DNA of 62,675 bases, the filler included, from a bacterium (GTDB lineage Bacteria; UBP18; UBA7526), in the NCBI GenBank assembly GCA_030615855.1. It is 5 parts of 5 records of this genome, joined end to end, with 100 filler letters (N's around TTAATTAATTAA, not from the genome) between each part and the next. Parts side by side here need not be neighbours in the genome. Positions count along the whole stretch, not along the records: positions 9,795 to 39,435 come from JAUWYL010000017.1; positions 39,536 to 43,853 come from JAUWYL010000043.1; positions 43,954 to 59,678 come from JAUWYL010000025.1; 2 more parts are not named here. One strand, written 5' to 3'. The notes beneath the pieces were generated by a model, which saw only the letters and a list, made by a program, of their open reading frames with translations, did not search any database and was not told where the DNA came from. Below are positions 38,840 to 49,642 of this stretch, piece after piece. Each line of letters opens with the position of its first letter. Position 1 is the first letter of the stretch. A program made the position numbers and the translations under genes.

Positions 38840-39435
38840 ATGAAGAGAATAATAGTAATTTTAGTTCTGATGATGGGAATAACGACAGTAGGATGGGCTC
38901 AGGATTATGAGTTTGTCAAGAAGTGGGGGGATTGCGGAAGGTGGGATGGCGCCTTCCAGTATCCCATGGGTATTACCCTGGATGCTCGGGGGAATATCTA
39001 TGTAGCAGATAAGCAGAATAACTCTTTTCAGAAGTTTGATTCCCAAGGCAATTTTAGTGCTCGATGGCCCAGGGAATCCGAACTCGGTGCTGAACTATAC
39101 TACCCCTATGATTTAGCAGTAGATATGCTGGGTTATATCTATGTTGTCAATTCCTATGGGCACTCTGTTAAGAAATTCACTTCCCAGGGGAAGTTCGTTG
39201 CCAGATGGGGTACGGAAGGCCAGGGAGATGGTCAGTTCTACTATCCCTTTGGCATAGATGTTGATTCCTGGGGGAATATCTACGTTGCCGACACTAAGAA
39301 TAATAGAATCCAGAAGTTTGATTCCCAGGGGAAGTTCCTTCTCTCCTTTGGGGAAGAGGGGAAGAAGGAAGGGGAGTTTAGAGTTCCTTCTGATCTTGCT
39401 GTTAATAGATTGGGAAATATCTATGTCGTTGACTC
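38840..39435 (+). CDS. Secreted NHL-repeat beta-propeller protein, 3' truncated
   Basis: Signal peptide; repeated P.GI..D..GNIYVAD..N.RIQKFD units. Confidence 0.88.
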
Positions 39436-39535
39436 NNNNNNNNNNNNNNNNNNNNNNNNNNNNNNNNNNNNNNNNNNNNTTAATTAATTAANNNNNNNNN
39501 NNNNNNNNNNNNNNNNNNNNNNNNNNNNNNNNNNN
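39436..39535. other. Artificial contig spacer
   Basis: N-TTAATTAATTAA-N linker. Confidence 0.98.
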
Positions 39536-40307
39536 ATCCCTCTTCTCCTTTGGGAAGGGGCCGAAGTAAGAGATTCTGCAGTGTCTTGGATAGGGTAGTT
39601 TCATCCAGATCCCTGGTTAGCCTTCCCCCAACCGCCAGAGATATCTTCCCCGTCTCTTCAGAGACAACGATCACTATGGCATCCGTCTCCTCCGAGAGAC
39701 CCAGAGCCGCCCTATGCCTCATCCCCATCCTCTTGGAAACATCTGGATTCCTGGTAAAGGGCAAGAGACATCCCGCAGCAGCAACTCTATTGCCCTGGAT
39801 GATGACCGCTCCATCGTGGAGGGGAGTGGAGGGTAGAAAGATGGTGGATAGTAGTTCTCGACTCACCTCGCTATCGATCCTTATCCCAGTCTCGATGTAG
39901 GTCTTTAATCCTGTCTCTCTTTCCAGAGCGATGAGCGCTCCCTTCTTCTTCTTGGAAAGGATAGCTACCGCCGCTATTATTTGGTCAAAATAGCCGGGTT
40001 TGGCTTCCTTTAAGAATCCTCTGAAGAAGCGCCTCTGGCCAACCTCTGCTAAGGCCCTCCTTATCTCCGGAGCAAATAAAATAACAAAGGCAAGTATCAA
40101 GACCTGCCAAAGGCCTTTCACTAAGAAGTTGAATGTAGTAAGTCCCAGTCTTTGAGCGATAAAGGCCGCAATAAGCAGAATGAGTAAACCTTTTAAAACC
40201 TGAACCGCTCTAGTTCCCCTTACAAGTAGGAAAAGCCAATAGAAAAGAATGGTCACTACCAGGACGTCAATAACATATAACCCATACCTTACAATTACTT
40301 CTCTCAT
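39536..40307 (-). CDS. cdaA: Diadenylate cyclase CdaA; its stop codon is seen in the overlapping contig end at 59536-59538
   Basis: Three TM helices; HDGA, RHRAA and VSEETG motifs. Confidence 0.95.
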
Positions 40308-40371
40308 CTCTCCCTCGCTACGCTCGCTGTGATCTGTGATCGGTGATCGGTGATCGGTAACTGTTCACGGT

Positions 40372-41607
40372 TCACTGTTCTCTGAGAATGGCATCTGTCA
40401 TATTTACCACCCTTTTCATCTCTTTTACATCATGAACCCTTATAATATCTGCTCCATTTAAAATAGAAGCGGCCACTGTGGCCGCTGTTCCCTCTAACCT
40501 CTCTTCTACGGGAAGGTTCAACACATTCCCGATTACCGACTTTCGGGAAGGGCCGACCAGTATTGGTCGACCCAAAGATTTGAACTCTGAGAGTCTATTG
40601 AAAATCTCTAAGCTATGTTCCGTTTTCTTACCGAAGCCAATTCCTGGATCAATGATTATTCCCTCTTCATCTATTCCCTCTTCCTTAGCAAAAGCAATCC
40701 TCTTTCTTAAGAAAGAGATTATCTCTCCTACTACATCCCCATATCTGGGATTCTTCTGCATGTTGCGTGGCCTTCCCTGCATATGCATCAAGACCAAGGG
40801 GGCCTTATATCTTGAGACCACCCCAACCATTTTCTTATCCATGCGCAGGGCACTGGTATCGTTCACCAGGGAGGCTCCAGAGTCCAGGGCTTCTCTTGCC
40901 ACCCGGCTCTTATAGGTATCGATTGAGATGGGAAGGTTGATCTTTCTAACAAGTTCTTTAATTACTGGAATGGTTCTTCTCGTCTCCTCTTTTAAAGGAA
41001 CGAGCCTTGCTCCCGGCCTGGTTGACTCCCCGCCGACATCGATGATATCCGCTCCTTCCTCGGCCATTCGCTCTGCCTTTTGGAGAGCAGAATCTATCCT
41101 GTTATATCTTCCCCCATCAGCGAAGGAGTCTGGGGTGACATTCAGTATCCCCATGATAAGGGTTCTTCCACCGAGCCTCAAAGTATATTTAGCGCATTCT
41201 ATTTCCCATCTCTTGCGCTTAAAATCAGTAAGGAGGTTCTTCATCTCCTCTGCAATCTCTGCTAAACCAAAGGGCTGTCTCTTTAATTTCTCAACGAGCA
41301 ATCGGTACTGCTTCTCTGTTCCCAATAATAAGATATCCGTTCTCTTCCTTTTAAGATCAATTACTTCCCGGCTGATGGCCGCCTCTGCTCCTAAGGATAG
41401 GGCCTCCTGCTTCAGTATATTGGCTGCCTGGGGCCTTATCTTTTCTAACTTTACAGCAAAGGAAAGGGCCTTGAGAGCCATGAGCCTCAGGCCATAGGAG
41501 TCAACCCCGATCCTCTTTAGTTCCTCCTTTGCTCGAGAAAGATTATCAATCATTACTACCCGTGCATTACTCAAGAGTATCTCCCATCGATGTTTGTCGT
41601 TCGTCAA
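40372..41607 (-). CDS. folP: Dihydropteroate synthase with N-terminal extension
   Basis: MGILNVTPDSF, GGESTRPG, DPGIGFGK, SRKS and RVHDV motifs. Confidence 0.95.
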   Translation of the reverse strand: MTNDKHRWEILLSNARVVMIDNLSRAKEELKRIGVDSYGLRLMALKALSFAVKLEKIRPQAANILKQEALSLGAEAAISREVIDLKRKRTDILLLGTEKQYRLLVEKLKRQPFGLAEIAEEMKNLLTDFKRKRWEIECAKYTLRLGGRTLIMGILNVTPDSFADGGRYNRIDSALQKAERMAEEGADIIDVGGESTRPGARLVPLKEETRRTIPVIKELVRKINLPISIDTYKSRVAREALDSGASLVNDTSALRMDKKMVGVVSRYKAPLVLMHMQGRPRNMQKNPRYGDVVGEIISFLRKRIAFAKEEGIDEEGIIIDPGIGFGKKTEHSLEIFNRLSEFKSLGRPILVGPSRKSVIGNVLNLPVEERLEGTAATVAASILNGADIIRVHDVKEMKRVVNMTDAILREQ

Positions 41608-41609
41608 TC

Positions 41610-41793
41610 GGTTAGGGTAACGATGCCTGTTCCGTCTACGCTGAGAAATTAAATATTAAAATCACAGATTAAAATTTAAAATTTTGCATTTTGTCCGTCT
41701 GGGACGGATCATTTTAATTTTTACATTTTGATTTTTGATATTACAATATATCATTTGATACGGGCTTCCTAACCGTAATCTTTAAACATAACC
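41610..41793. repeat. GGTTA..ACGATGCC / GATACGGGCTTC..AACC terminal-repeat element, copy 1
   Basis: Shares both arms with 48181-48421 and 52770-52874; interior differs. Confidence 0.75.
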
Positions 41794-41808
41794 TAATTGG
41801 TAACTCGA

Positions 41809-42366
41809 TTAGCTCCGGATGAGAGCTAAGGCCTCTGCCCGAGCAGCGGTCCTCTTCCGGAAGACCCCTCTTACCGCAGAGGTGATGGTTACTGAACCCA
41901 GCTTCTTTATTCCCCTGATGATCATACAGAGATGCTCGGCCTCCACTACTACTAAGACCCCCTGGGGCTTCAGGGCATCCATAATGGTATCCGCGATCTC
42001 CTTGGTGAGCCTCTCCTGCATCTGGGGCTTCTTGGATAGGATGTCCACTACCCGGACCAGCTTGGATAATCCGGTTACCCTCCCTCCACCAGGGATATAG
42101 GCAAGATGAACCCTGCCATAGAAGGGGAGGAGGTGATGCTCGCACATAGAATAGAGGGGGATATCCTTAACCAGAACCAGTTCGTCATGCTTTATGGGAG
42201 CAAGGGTAAGGACCTTCTTGGGGTCCTTTCCAATCCCAGAGAATATCTCGCTATAGAGCTCTGCCACTCTCTTGGGAGTATCTACTAAACCCTTCCTCCT
42301 GGGGTTCTCACCAATAGCCTTCAGGATATCTTGAACGGCCTTTACAATCCTCTTCTTATCCGTCAT
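41809..42366 (-). CDS. folE: GTP cyclohydrolase I
   Basis: [18 protein letters not shown] and AEHLCM motifs. Confidence 0.96.
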   Translation of the reverse strand: MTDKKRIVKAVQDILKAIGENPRRKGLVDTPKRVAELYSEIFSGIGKDPKKVLTLAPIKHDELVLVKDIPLYSMCEHHLLPFYGRVHLAYIPGGGRVTGLSKLVRVVDILSKKPQMQERLTKEIADTIMDALKPQGVLVVVEAEHLCMIIRGIKKLGSVTITSAVRGVFRKRTAARAEALALIRS

Positions 42367-43853
42367 CTCTTTTTCTTAGGGAATTCCTTCTTAATGCCTA
42401 CTAACTTAGCCACCTCTTCCCCATCCATGACTTCTCTTTCCAACAGAGTCTCAGCCAAGAGCGAAAGCTTCTTCTTATTTTTCTTCAGTAGTTCTCTGGC
42501 CCGGGCATAGCACTCATCCACAATCTTGCGCACCTCCTGATCTATGACTCGGGCGGTCTCTTCACTATAATCCTTCTCTTCTGTTATATCCCGGCCTAAG
42601 AATATCTGCTCGTGTGGTCTACCAAAGGTAAGGTGACCCAGTTTTTCACTCATTCCATACCTGGTCACCATCCTCCGCGCCTCATCCGTAACTACCCGCA
42701 GGTCGAGGCCAGCGCCAGTCGATACCTCATTGAAAATAATTTCCTCACTTGCCCGGCCACCCAAGGTCTTGGTGATCTCAGCCATTAATTTCTTCTTAGT
42801 AGAGATGTATCTATCCTCTATGGGAGGGGTGATGGTATAGCCCAAAGCCAGACCACGAGGCAGGATGGATACCTTATGTAGCGGATCGGCCTCTGGCACT
42901 AGGAGGGCCAAGAGGGCATGGCCTGATTCATGATAGGCGGTTATTTTCTTCTCTTCCGTGCTGATCACCTTTGACTTTCTCTCCGGACCAGCCATGACCC
43001 GATCTATGGACTCCTCGATCTCCTCCATGGTTACCTGCTTCTTATTCTTCCTGGCTGCCAAAAGTGCGGCCTCATTGGCCACATTAGCCAGATCCGCCCC
43101 AGAGAAGCCCGGTGTCCGGCGAGCGATGACCTTGAGGTCCGCATCCTTAGCTAAGGGAATCTTCCTAGTGTGAACCTTTAGTATGGCCTCCCTTCCGTTT
43201 ATGTCTGGTCGATCGACCACGATACGCCGATCGAAGCGACCCGGTCGCAACAATGCCGGATCTAAGACATCCGGCCGATTAGTGGCTGCGATCAGGATCA
43301 CCCCTTCATTAGGATCGAAACCATCCATTTCAACGAATAACTGATTCAGGGTCTGTTCCCGCTCATCATGGCCTCCTCCCAATCCAGCGAACCTCTGTCT
43401 TCCCACGGCATCTATCTCATCGATGAAGATGATGGAGGGAGCGTTCTTCTTCCCTTGTTGGAATAGAGAACGCACCCTACTGGCTCCTACACCAACGAAC
43501 ATCTCGACGAAGTCCGAACCGCTAATGGAGAAGAAGGGAACCCCAGCCTCACCGGCCACCGCTTTAGCCAAGAGGGTCTTTCCCGTTCCCGGAGGACCCA
43601 TTAAGAGTACTCCTTTAGGGATCTTCCCTCCTAGCTTCTGGAACTTCCTGGGGTCTTTTAAGAACTCGATGATCTCCTTTAATTCCTCCTTTGCCTCATC
43701 ACATCCCGCGACATCCTTGAAGGTGATCTTTATCTTGGGCTCGGTATGTAACTTGGCCTTCGCCTGGCCGAAGGACATGGCCTGACGACCAGCCCCCTCC
43801 ACCCGGCGGAAGAGGAAGAACCAGAGAAGACCGAAGATAAATACTATTGGAAG
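42363..43853 (-). CDS. ftsH: ATP-dependent zinc metalloprotease FtsH, 5' truncated
   Basis: [19 protein letters not shown] and HESGH motifs; second TM helix at the contig edge. Confidence 0.97.
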   Translation of the reverse strand, partial: LPIVFIFGLLWFFLFRRVEGAGRQAMSFGQAKAKLHTEPKIKITFKDVAGCDEAKEELKEIIEFLKDPRKFQKLGGKIPKGVLLMGPPGTGKTLLAKAVAGEAGVPFFSISGSDFVEMFVGVGASRVRSLFQQGKKNAPSIIFIDEIDAVGRQRFAGLGGGHDEREQTLNQLFVEMDGFDPNEGVILIAATNRPDVLDPALLRPGRFDRRIVVDRPDINGREAILKVHTRKIPLAKDADLKVIARRTPGFSGADLANVANEAALLAARKNKKQVTMEEIEESIDRVMAGPERKSKVISTEEKKITAYHESGHALLALLVPEADPLHKVSILPRGLALGYTITPPIEDRYISTKKKLMAEITKTLGGRASEEIIFNEVSTGAGLDLRVVTDEARRMVTRYGMSEKLGHLTFGRPHEQIFLGRDITEEKDYSEETARVIDQEVRKIVDECYARARELLKKNKKKLSLLAETLLEREVMDGEEVAKLVGIKKEFPKKKR

Positions 43854-43953
43854 NNNNNNNNNNNNNNNNNNNNNNNNNNNNNNNNNNNNNNNNNNNNTTA
43901 ATTAATTAANNNNNNNNNNNNNNNNNNNNNNNNNNNNNNNNNNNNNNNNNNNN
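43854..43953. other. Artificial contig spacer
   Basis: N-TTAATTAATTAA-N linker. Confidence 0.98.
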
Positions 43954-44003
43954 GCCAGAACCCCCGGTTTATTCTCTACCAAAACATTAATGATATGCTT
44001 CAT
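43954..44003 (-). CDS. ilvN: Acetolactate synthase small subunit, N-terminal fragment
   Basis: MKHIINVLVENKPGVL after SD GGAGGT, downstream of ilvB. Confidence 0.88.
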
Positions 44004-44147
44004 TTTACACCTCCGGTGCACGGATGATCACGGATTTCGTACGGATGATCACGGATAAATCGGTGTCAATGCTTAATTATTTATGCTCTCTCGGATGCCA
44101 GCGAAGCGCATCCTGTAATCCGTGTTGTTATCTGTGCTAATCTGTGT

Positions 44148-45824
44148 CTAAGCGAGGCCGCGGAGCATCTCTGTAAGCGGCGCCCCACCAGGCACCATAG
44201 GAAAGACATTCGCCTCTGGATCGATGATAAAATCTAAGACTACTGGTTTATTGATAGAGATTGCTTTCTTCAGGGCAGGAAGAACATCCTCCTTCTTCTC
44301 CACTCTGATGCCCACTGCTCCGTAGGCCTCAGCTACTTTGACAAAGTCCGGATTTCCACTCAAATCAACGGCAGAGTATCGCCTCTTATAGAAAAGTTCC
44401 TGCCACTGTCTGACCAGACCCAAATAGCCATTATCCAAAATGGCCACCTTTACCGGTATCTTATTGTGAACCGCAGTAGCCAGTTCCTGAATGTTCATCT
44501 GGAAAGAGCCGTCACCAGCGATATCGAAGACGATTTTGTTTGGACAACCCACTTTGGCCCCGATGCTCGCTGGAAAGCCATAGCCCATGGTGCCCAATCC
44601 GCCAGAGGATAAAAAGGCCCGGGGCTTGGTATATTGATAGTACTGGGCAGCCCACATCTGGTTCTGACCCACTTCAGTAGCGATAATGGCCTCACCCTCA
44701 GTCACCTCATAGATTTTCTCCACAACGTATTGAGGCTTTAATCTCCCGCCCCTTTTATAGGTCAGGGGATGGTTCTTCTTCCACTGCTCGATCTGCTTCA
44801 ACCAAGCAGATATCTTGGGCTTAGTAACGATCTTGTTGAGCTCTTTCAAGACATTCTTCACATCCCCCACAATGGGAATATCTACCTGAACGTTCTTACT
44901 TATGGCACTGGGATCGATATCGATATGGATAATCTTCGCCTCAGGAGCAAACTTATCTAACCTTCCTGTAACCCGATCGTCGAATCGAGCACCGATGGCG
45001 ATGATGAGATCGGAATCCATGATGGCATAGTTGGCATACTCTGTTCCATGCATTCCCAGCATCCCTAAAGATAAGGGAGAGTCTTCCGGAAAAGCGCCCA
45101 AAGCCATGAGGGTAGTGGCCACAGGAATATCTGTCTTATTTGCTAACTGGATGAGTTCCTTACTAGCCCCTGATAATATCACTCCTCCTCCAGCATAGAT
45201 GAGAGGCCTAGTGGCCCTTGATATCATCTGGGCGGCCTTCTTTATCTGTCCCGGATGACCAGAAAGTGTTGGCTTATATCCTCGGATCTCTGCTTCCTTG
45301 GGGAACTTGGCCTCCGTTTCCTGAATCTGAACATCCTTGGGAAGATCGATCAATACCGGGCCTGGTCTTCCGGTAGAGGCGATATGGAAGGCTTCCTTCA
45401 CCGTCCTTGCCAAGTCCTTAACATCCTTAACTAAGAAGTTATGTTTAGTGATGGGTCTGGTAATTCCCGTAACATCTGCCTCCTGAAAGGCATCATTTCC
45501 TACCAGATGGGTGGGAACCTGACCGGTGATGGCTACGATGGGAATGGAGTCCATATGGGCGGTAGCGATGCCTGTAGTTAAGTTCGTTGCTCCTGGGCCA
45601 GAGGTGGCCATGCAGACCCCTACTCTGCCCGTTGCCCGAGCATAGCCATCTGCCATATGGGCTGCCCCCTGCTCATGCCTGGTTAGAATAAACCTTATAG
45701 GAGCATCATATAAGACATCAAATACCGGAAGGACGGCTCCTCCACAGATGCCGAATATGACCTCCACCTTCTCCCTTATCAGACTCTCAATTAAGATCTC
45801 TGCACCGGTCATCTTCTTGGCCAT
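44148..45824 (-). CDS. ilvB: Acetolactate synthase large subunit
   Basis: [21 protein letters not shown] and GDGSFQMN motifs. Confidence 0.97.
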   Translation of the reverse strand: MAKKMTGAEILIESLIREKVEVIFGICGGAVLPVFDVLYDAPIRFILTRHEQGAAHMADGYARATGRVGVCMATSGPGATNLTTGIATAHMDSIPIVAITGQVPTHLVGNDAFQEADVTGITRPITKHNFLVKDVKDLARTVKEAFHIASTGRPGPVLIDLPKDVQIQETEAKFPKEAEIRGYKPTLSGHPGQIKKAAQMISRATRPLIYAGGGVILSGASKELIQLANKTDIPVATTLMALGAFPEDSPLSLGMLGMHGTEYANYAIMDSDLIIAIGARFDDRVTGRLDKFAPEAKIIHIDIDPSAISKNVQVDIPIVGDVKNVLKELNKIVTKPKISAWLKQIEQWKKNHPLTYKRGGRLKPQYVVEKIYEVTEGEAIIATEVGQNQMWAAQYYQYTKPRAFLSSGGLGTMGYGFPASIGAKVGCPNKIVFDIAGDGSFQMNIQELATAVHNKIPVKVAILDNGYLGLVRQWQELFYKRRYSAVDLSGNPDFVKVAEAYGAVGIRVEKKEDVLPALKKAISINKPVVLDFIIDPEANVFPMVPGGAPLTEMLRGLA

Positions 45825-45870
45825 TATTTCCTCCTCTCAATACACGGGTTATCAGGGGAAACAGCTGAAG

Positions 45871-45985
45871 GTTACTAACAGTTACTAAGGGTTACTAAAC
45901 AGTTACTAACAGTTACAGTAACCGATAGTAACAGCGAAGTGTAGTAACCGATAGTAACAGTTCCGCATTGGCGGAACGTAGTAAC
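45871..45985. repeat. GTTACTAAC / TAGTAAC palindromic array
   Basis: Related to 10117-10279. Confidence 0.85.
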
Positions 45986-45999
45986 ATTGTCCTCCTTAC

Positions 46000-47664
46000 T
46001 TACCCCTTTCCTAATATCGCTCCCTTATCCGCTGAACTGACTAGCTGGGCATACCTGGCTAAGTAGCCCTTTTTAATCTTGGGCTCCGGAGCCTTCCACT
46101 TGGAAAGTCTTTCCTTTATCTCTTCTTCACTTAATTCTATATCTATTTTTTTACCGGGAATATTAATACGTATAATATCCCCATCTTTGACTATGGCTAT
46201 CGGCCCTCCTTTAGCTGCCTCTGGTGAGATATGGCCGATACACGGACCACGCGTTCCTCCTGAGAACCTCCCATCCGTAATGAGAGCCACATCCTTCTCC
46301 CGGCCCATGCCACAGACACTGGAAGTAGGAGTGAGCATCTCCCTCATCCCCGGACCTCCTTTGGGACCCTCATACCTTATGACGATTACCTCTCCTTTCT
46401 TTATCTTGCCTCCTAAGATGGCCTCCACCGCCTCCTCCTCAGAGTCAAAGACCCTCGCCGGGCCTTTATGCTTGAGCATCTCCTTAGAGACAGCGATCTG
46501 TTTAACCACCCCACTATCCGGGGCAAGGTTTCCTCTTAGAATAGCGATCCCTCCCTCTTTATGGAGGGGATTTTCAAGGCTTTTTATTACCTCTTTTCTC
46601 TTTATCTCCCTTCCCTTAATATTTTCTCCAATTCTTTCACCACTAACTGTTAGCTCATCGAGGTTCAGAAGATTTTTCTTTGCTAATTCATTCATAAGAG
46701 CCGGTATTCCTCCCGCCTCATCTAAGTCCTGCATATGATACTTCCCGGAAGGGGAAATATCGCATAAATGGGGAGTACGAGCACTGATTTCATCGAAGAG
46801 TTCTAGATCTAATTCTATTCCTGCCTCATGAGCAATGGCCGGAAGGTGTAAGACGGTATTTGAGGAACAACCCAGAGCCATATCAACAGTAATGGCATTC
46901 TCAAAGGCTTCCTTGGTCATTATCTGTGAGGGGTTAATATTTTCTTTAACCAATTCCATAATCTGCTTTCCAGCAAGTCTTGCTAATTCTTTTCTCTTAT
47001 TCGAGACGGCCAGAATGGTCCCATTTCCCGGGAGGGCCATCCCTAAAGCCTCAGAGAGACAGTTCATACTGTTGGCGGTAAATATTCCCGCACAGCATCC
47101 CTCTCCCGGGCAGGCAAGGTCTTCTAACTCCTTTAGCTCCCCTTCTGTCATCTTACCAATAGCTACCTTTCCCACTCCCTCAAAGACATTGATAAGATCC
47201 ACATCCTCTCCTTTATACTTGCCAGCGAGCATCGGGCCACCAGAAATAATGACGGAAGGAATATTGAGCCGGGCAGCGGCCATGAGCATCCCGGGGGTGA
47301 TTTTATCGCAGTTGGTAAGTAGTACCAATCCATCGAAGGGGTGAGCAATGGCCATGCTCTCCACAGAATCAGCGATGAGTTCTCGAGAGGCTAAGGAATA
47401 CTTCATCCCCGGATGGTTCATGGCGATACCATCGCAGATTCCAATGATCCCGAACTCAATGGGTGTTCCCCCGGCTTCTCTTATCCCTCTCTTTATTTCC
47501 TTCGCCAATTTGTCGAGATGGATGTGACCAGGAACGATTTCATTCGCTGCATTAGCGATGCCAATAATGGGCTTGGCAATATCTCCGTCTTTTAAGCCCA
47601 GGGCTTTCATGAGGGACCGGTGGGGCGCTTTCTCATACCCCTTCTTCATAATATCGCTTCTCAT
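46000..47664 (-). CDS. ilvD: Dihydroxy-acid dehydratase
   Basis: [24 protein letters not shown] and TDGRFSG motifs. Confidence 0.97.
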   Translation of the reverse strand: MRSDIMKKGYEKAPHRSLMKALGLKDGDIAKPIIGIANAANEIVPGHIHLDKLAKEIKRGIREAGGTPIEFGIIGICDGIAMNHPGMKYSLASRELIADSVESMAIAHPFDGLVLLTNCDKITPGMLMAAARLNIPSVIISGGPMLAGKYKGEDVDLINVFEGVGKVAIGKMTEGELKELEDLACPGEGCCAGIFTANSMNCLSEALGMALPGNGTILAVSNKRKELARLAGKQIMELVKENINPSQIMTKEAFENAITVDMALGCSSNTVLHLPAIAHEAGIELDLELFDEISARTPHLCDISPSGKYHMQDLDEAGGIPALMNELAKKNLLNLDELTVSGERIGENIKGREIKRKEVIKSLENPLHKEGGIAILRGNLAPDSGVVKQIAVSKEMLKHKGPARVFDSEEEAVEAILGGKIKKGEVIVIRYEGPKGGPGMREMLTPTSSVCGMGREKDVALITDGRFSGGTRGPCIGHISPEAAKGGPIAIVKDGDIIRINIPGKKIDIELSEEEIKERLSKWKAPEPKIKKGYLARYAQLVSSADKGAILGKG

Positions 47665-47700
47665 CTTCTAGCTCCTATTAGAGTAATTATTTAGTATATC

Positions 47701-48165
47701 TCACAAATTTAATCTTGTCAAATCTTTGTTCCCCATAATTAAAGCATCCTCACTTGTATCGCTATAATATCCCTTTTGGATGCCCCCTATTTCGAAACCG
47801 AACTTCTTATACAAATTCTGGGCTGGTGAGTTAGAAGGTCTTACTTCTAAAGTGGCCCTCTTTACCCCCTTCGATACCGCTAATTTTAAAAGAAACCTTA
47901 TGAGTCTCTCCCCAATCTTCTTTTTCCTATATTCTGGATGGACGGCAAGGTTTGTAATATGTGCTTCATCAAAGATAAGCCAGAATCCAGCATAGCCCAC
48001 TACTCTGCCTTCGCTTTTAGCAACCAAGAAGCAGGAAGAATCCCTCTCTTTCAGTTCTGTCAGGAAGGCCTCCCTCGACCAGGGGGAAGGGAAAGAAGCC
48101 TCCTCAATCTCCAGGATCTCGTCAATATTTTCCCTTCTCATATCCTCAATAGTAATGGGAATCAA
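47701..48165 (-). CDS. rimI: Ribosomal-protein-alanine N-acetyltransferase
   Basis: SFPSPWS, HITNLAVHP, LEVRPSN and YY...EDA motifs. Confidence 0.92.
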   Translation of the reverse strand: MIPITIEDMRRENIDEILEIEEASFPSPWSREAFLTELKERDSSCFLVAKSEGRVVGYAGFWLIFDEAHITNLAVHPEYRKKKIGERLIRFLLKLAVSKGVKRATLEVRPSNSPAQNLYKKFGFEIGGIQKGYYSDTSEDALIMGNKDLTRLNL

Positions 48166-48180
48166 GGATTACCTCTATTC

Positions 48181-48421
48181 GGTTAGGGTTAAGGTTACGA
48201 TGCCCGTTTCGTCTTTCGGTTACGGTTACGTTGTTTTTTGTTGTGAGATCAAGGAGTGAGTTGTGTGTCGGATTGTGGAGGTGGGGTTGGGTTTTACTAC
48301 CTCACCCTCACAACTCATCCCCGACCCACTACTTACTACCCATCCTCACCCTAATTATACCTTACCTAATCCTTTAACGTTACCGATACGGGCTTCGTTG
48401 CCGTAACCTTTAAACCTAACC
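48181..48421. repeat. Terminal-repeat element, copy 2
   Basis: GGTTAGGGTTAAGGTTACGATGCCCGTTTCG ... CGATACGGGCTTCGTTGCCGTAACCTTTAAACCTAACC. Confidence 0.8.
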
Positions 48422-48438
48422 TTTTACCCTGAAGCCCT

Positions 48439-49095
48439 TCATTTCCCCATTGGTGCTCGAACGTAGATAGGTCTTAAGGTAAGGAGTTCTGTCTTTTTAC
48501 TTCTCCTCAATTTCCTTAATCCCAACTCAGCAATGGATGAAGCATTCGGTAGTCTTCTTGATTTAGGAGCGAAGACCGCTTTTCCTCCTAATCTCTTCCT
48601 TATCAAATCCCCATAAACCTCAATCCCATCCCCCAAAAATATGACTTTGGACTTTATCTTCTTCAACAACTCACCCGGCTCACAAGCCATATACTTACTA
48701 ATTCTCTTTCCATTCTTATATAAAGCAGAATAGACCTCTCCTTTTCGAGCATCCAGAATGGGACAGATCAAATCCTTACAATGGAAGAGATTAAAGGCCA
48801 GTCCATCCAGAGTTGGTATCCCAACAATAGGGATATTTAGTCCTTGAGCCAATCCCTTAGCAGTGGCAATCCCAATGCGCAAGCCAGTAAAAGAACCAGG
48901 CCCTAAAGAGACAGCGATTCCATCTATATCTTTCATAGTCAAAGAAGCATCCTTCAGCACCCTATCCATAGCAGGCATAAGCCTTGAAGTATGAGTCTCC
49001 TTTAAATTTAGAGTATACTCTGCAATCAATCTTTCCTTATCCATCAGAGCAACGGAACCAGTCATGGTCGAGGTCTCAATGCCAAGAATTGTCAT
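48439..49095 (-). CDS. tsaB: t6A biosynthesis protein TsaB
   Basis: ILGIETS, GPGSFTGLRIG and DARKGEVY motifs. Confidence 0.95.
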   Translation of the reverse strand: MTILGIETSTMTGSVALMDKERLIAEYTLNLKETHTSRLMPAMDRVLKDASLTMKDIDGIAVSLGPGSFTGLRIGIATAKGLAQGLNIPIVGIPTLDGLAFNLFHCKDLICPILDARKGEVYSALYKNGKRISKYMACEPGELLKKIKSKVIFLGDGIEVYGDLIRKRLGGKAVFAPKSRRLPNASSIAELGLRKLRRSKKTELLTLRPIYVRAPMGK

Positions 49096-49098
49096 ATC

Positions 49099-49179
49099 GT
49101 TTACCGTTGAGCGGTGCGTTTTACTTGCCCCGCTGGTGAATAACTATTATTCAATCTGCCCGCCCTTCGGGCTGTTTAC
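49099..49179 (-). repeat. 81-bp three-hairpin dispersed element, copy 3
   Basis: Near-identical to copies 1 and 2. Confidence 0.9.
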
Positions 49180-49181
49180 CG

Positions 49182-49637
49182 TTAACCGTAAAGCTTTTTT
49201 ATTATATTCTGATAACGCTTCCCCTTGGGAATAAACCCTATCTTTCTTCTATTCCCATCAATAATTTCCAGATTTATGATTAGAACCTCTTTTGGCAAGA
49301 GTTTCTTAATCTTCTCTGCCCACTCAATGATGGTCACTCCCTCTCCATAGAGGTATTCCTCATAGCCCAGATCATAGACCTCTTTAAGATTATCTATCCT
49401 ATAAAGATCAATATGATAGACAGGTAATCTTCCCTTATGCTCCTTAATCAAGGTAAAGGAAGGACTGGTTACATAATCCTTTTTCTTCACTCCTAAGCCC
49501 TCTGCTAAACCCTGAGTCAGGGTAGTCTTCCCACTCCCCAACTTCCCAATCAGAGCAACAACATCTCCCGGTCGAAGTAGTTTACCTGTCTTCTTTCCCA
49601 GTCTTATTGTCTCTTTTGCGCTCTTCGTCTCTATAAT
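49182..49637 (-). CDS. tsaE: t6A biosynthesis ATPase TsaE, probable non-canonical ATT start
   Basis: IIETKSAKETIRLG...GDVVALIGKLGSGKT, VTSPSFTL, HIDLYR and IEWAE. The conserved N-terminus extends upstream of the ORF-track TTG. Confidence 0.9.
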   Translation of the reverse strand: MIETKSAKETIRLGKKTGKLLRPGDVVALIGKLGSGKTTLTQGLAEGLGVKKKDYVTSPSFTLIKEHKGRLPVYHIDLYRIDNLKEVYDLGYEEYLYGEGVTIIEWAEKIKKLLPKEVLIINLEIIDGNRRKIGFIPKGKRYQNIIKKLYG

Positions 49638-49642
49638 CTTAT

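Noticed and set aside
40478-47595. Long plus-strand ORFs antisense to folP and ilvD (and similar ones opposite folD and nnr)
   Set aside because: Shadow ORFs of strongly conserved genes with no recognisable motifs.
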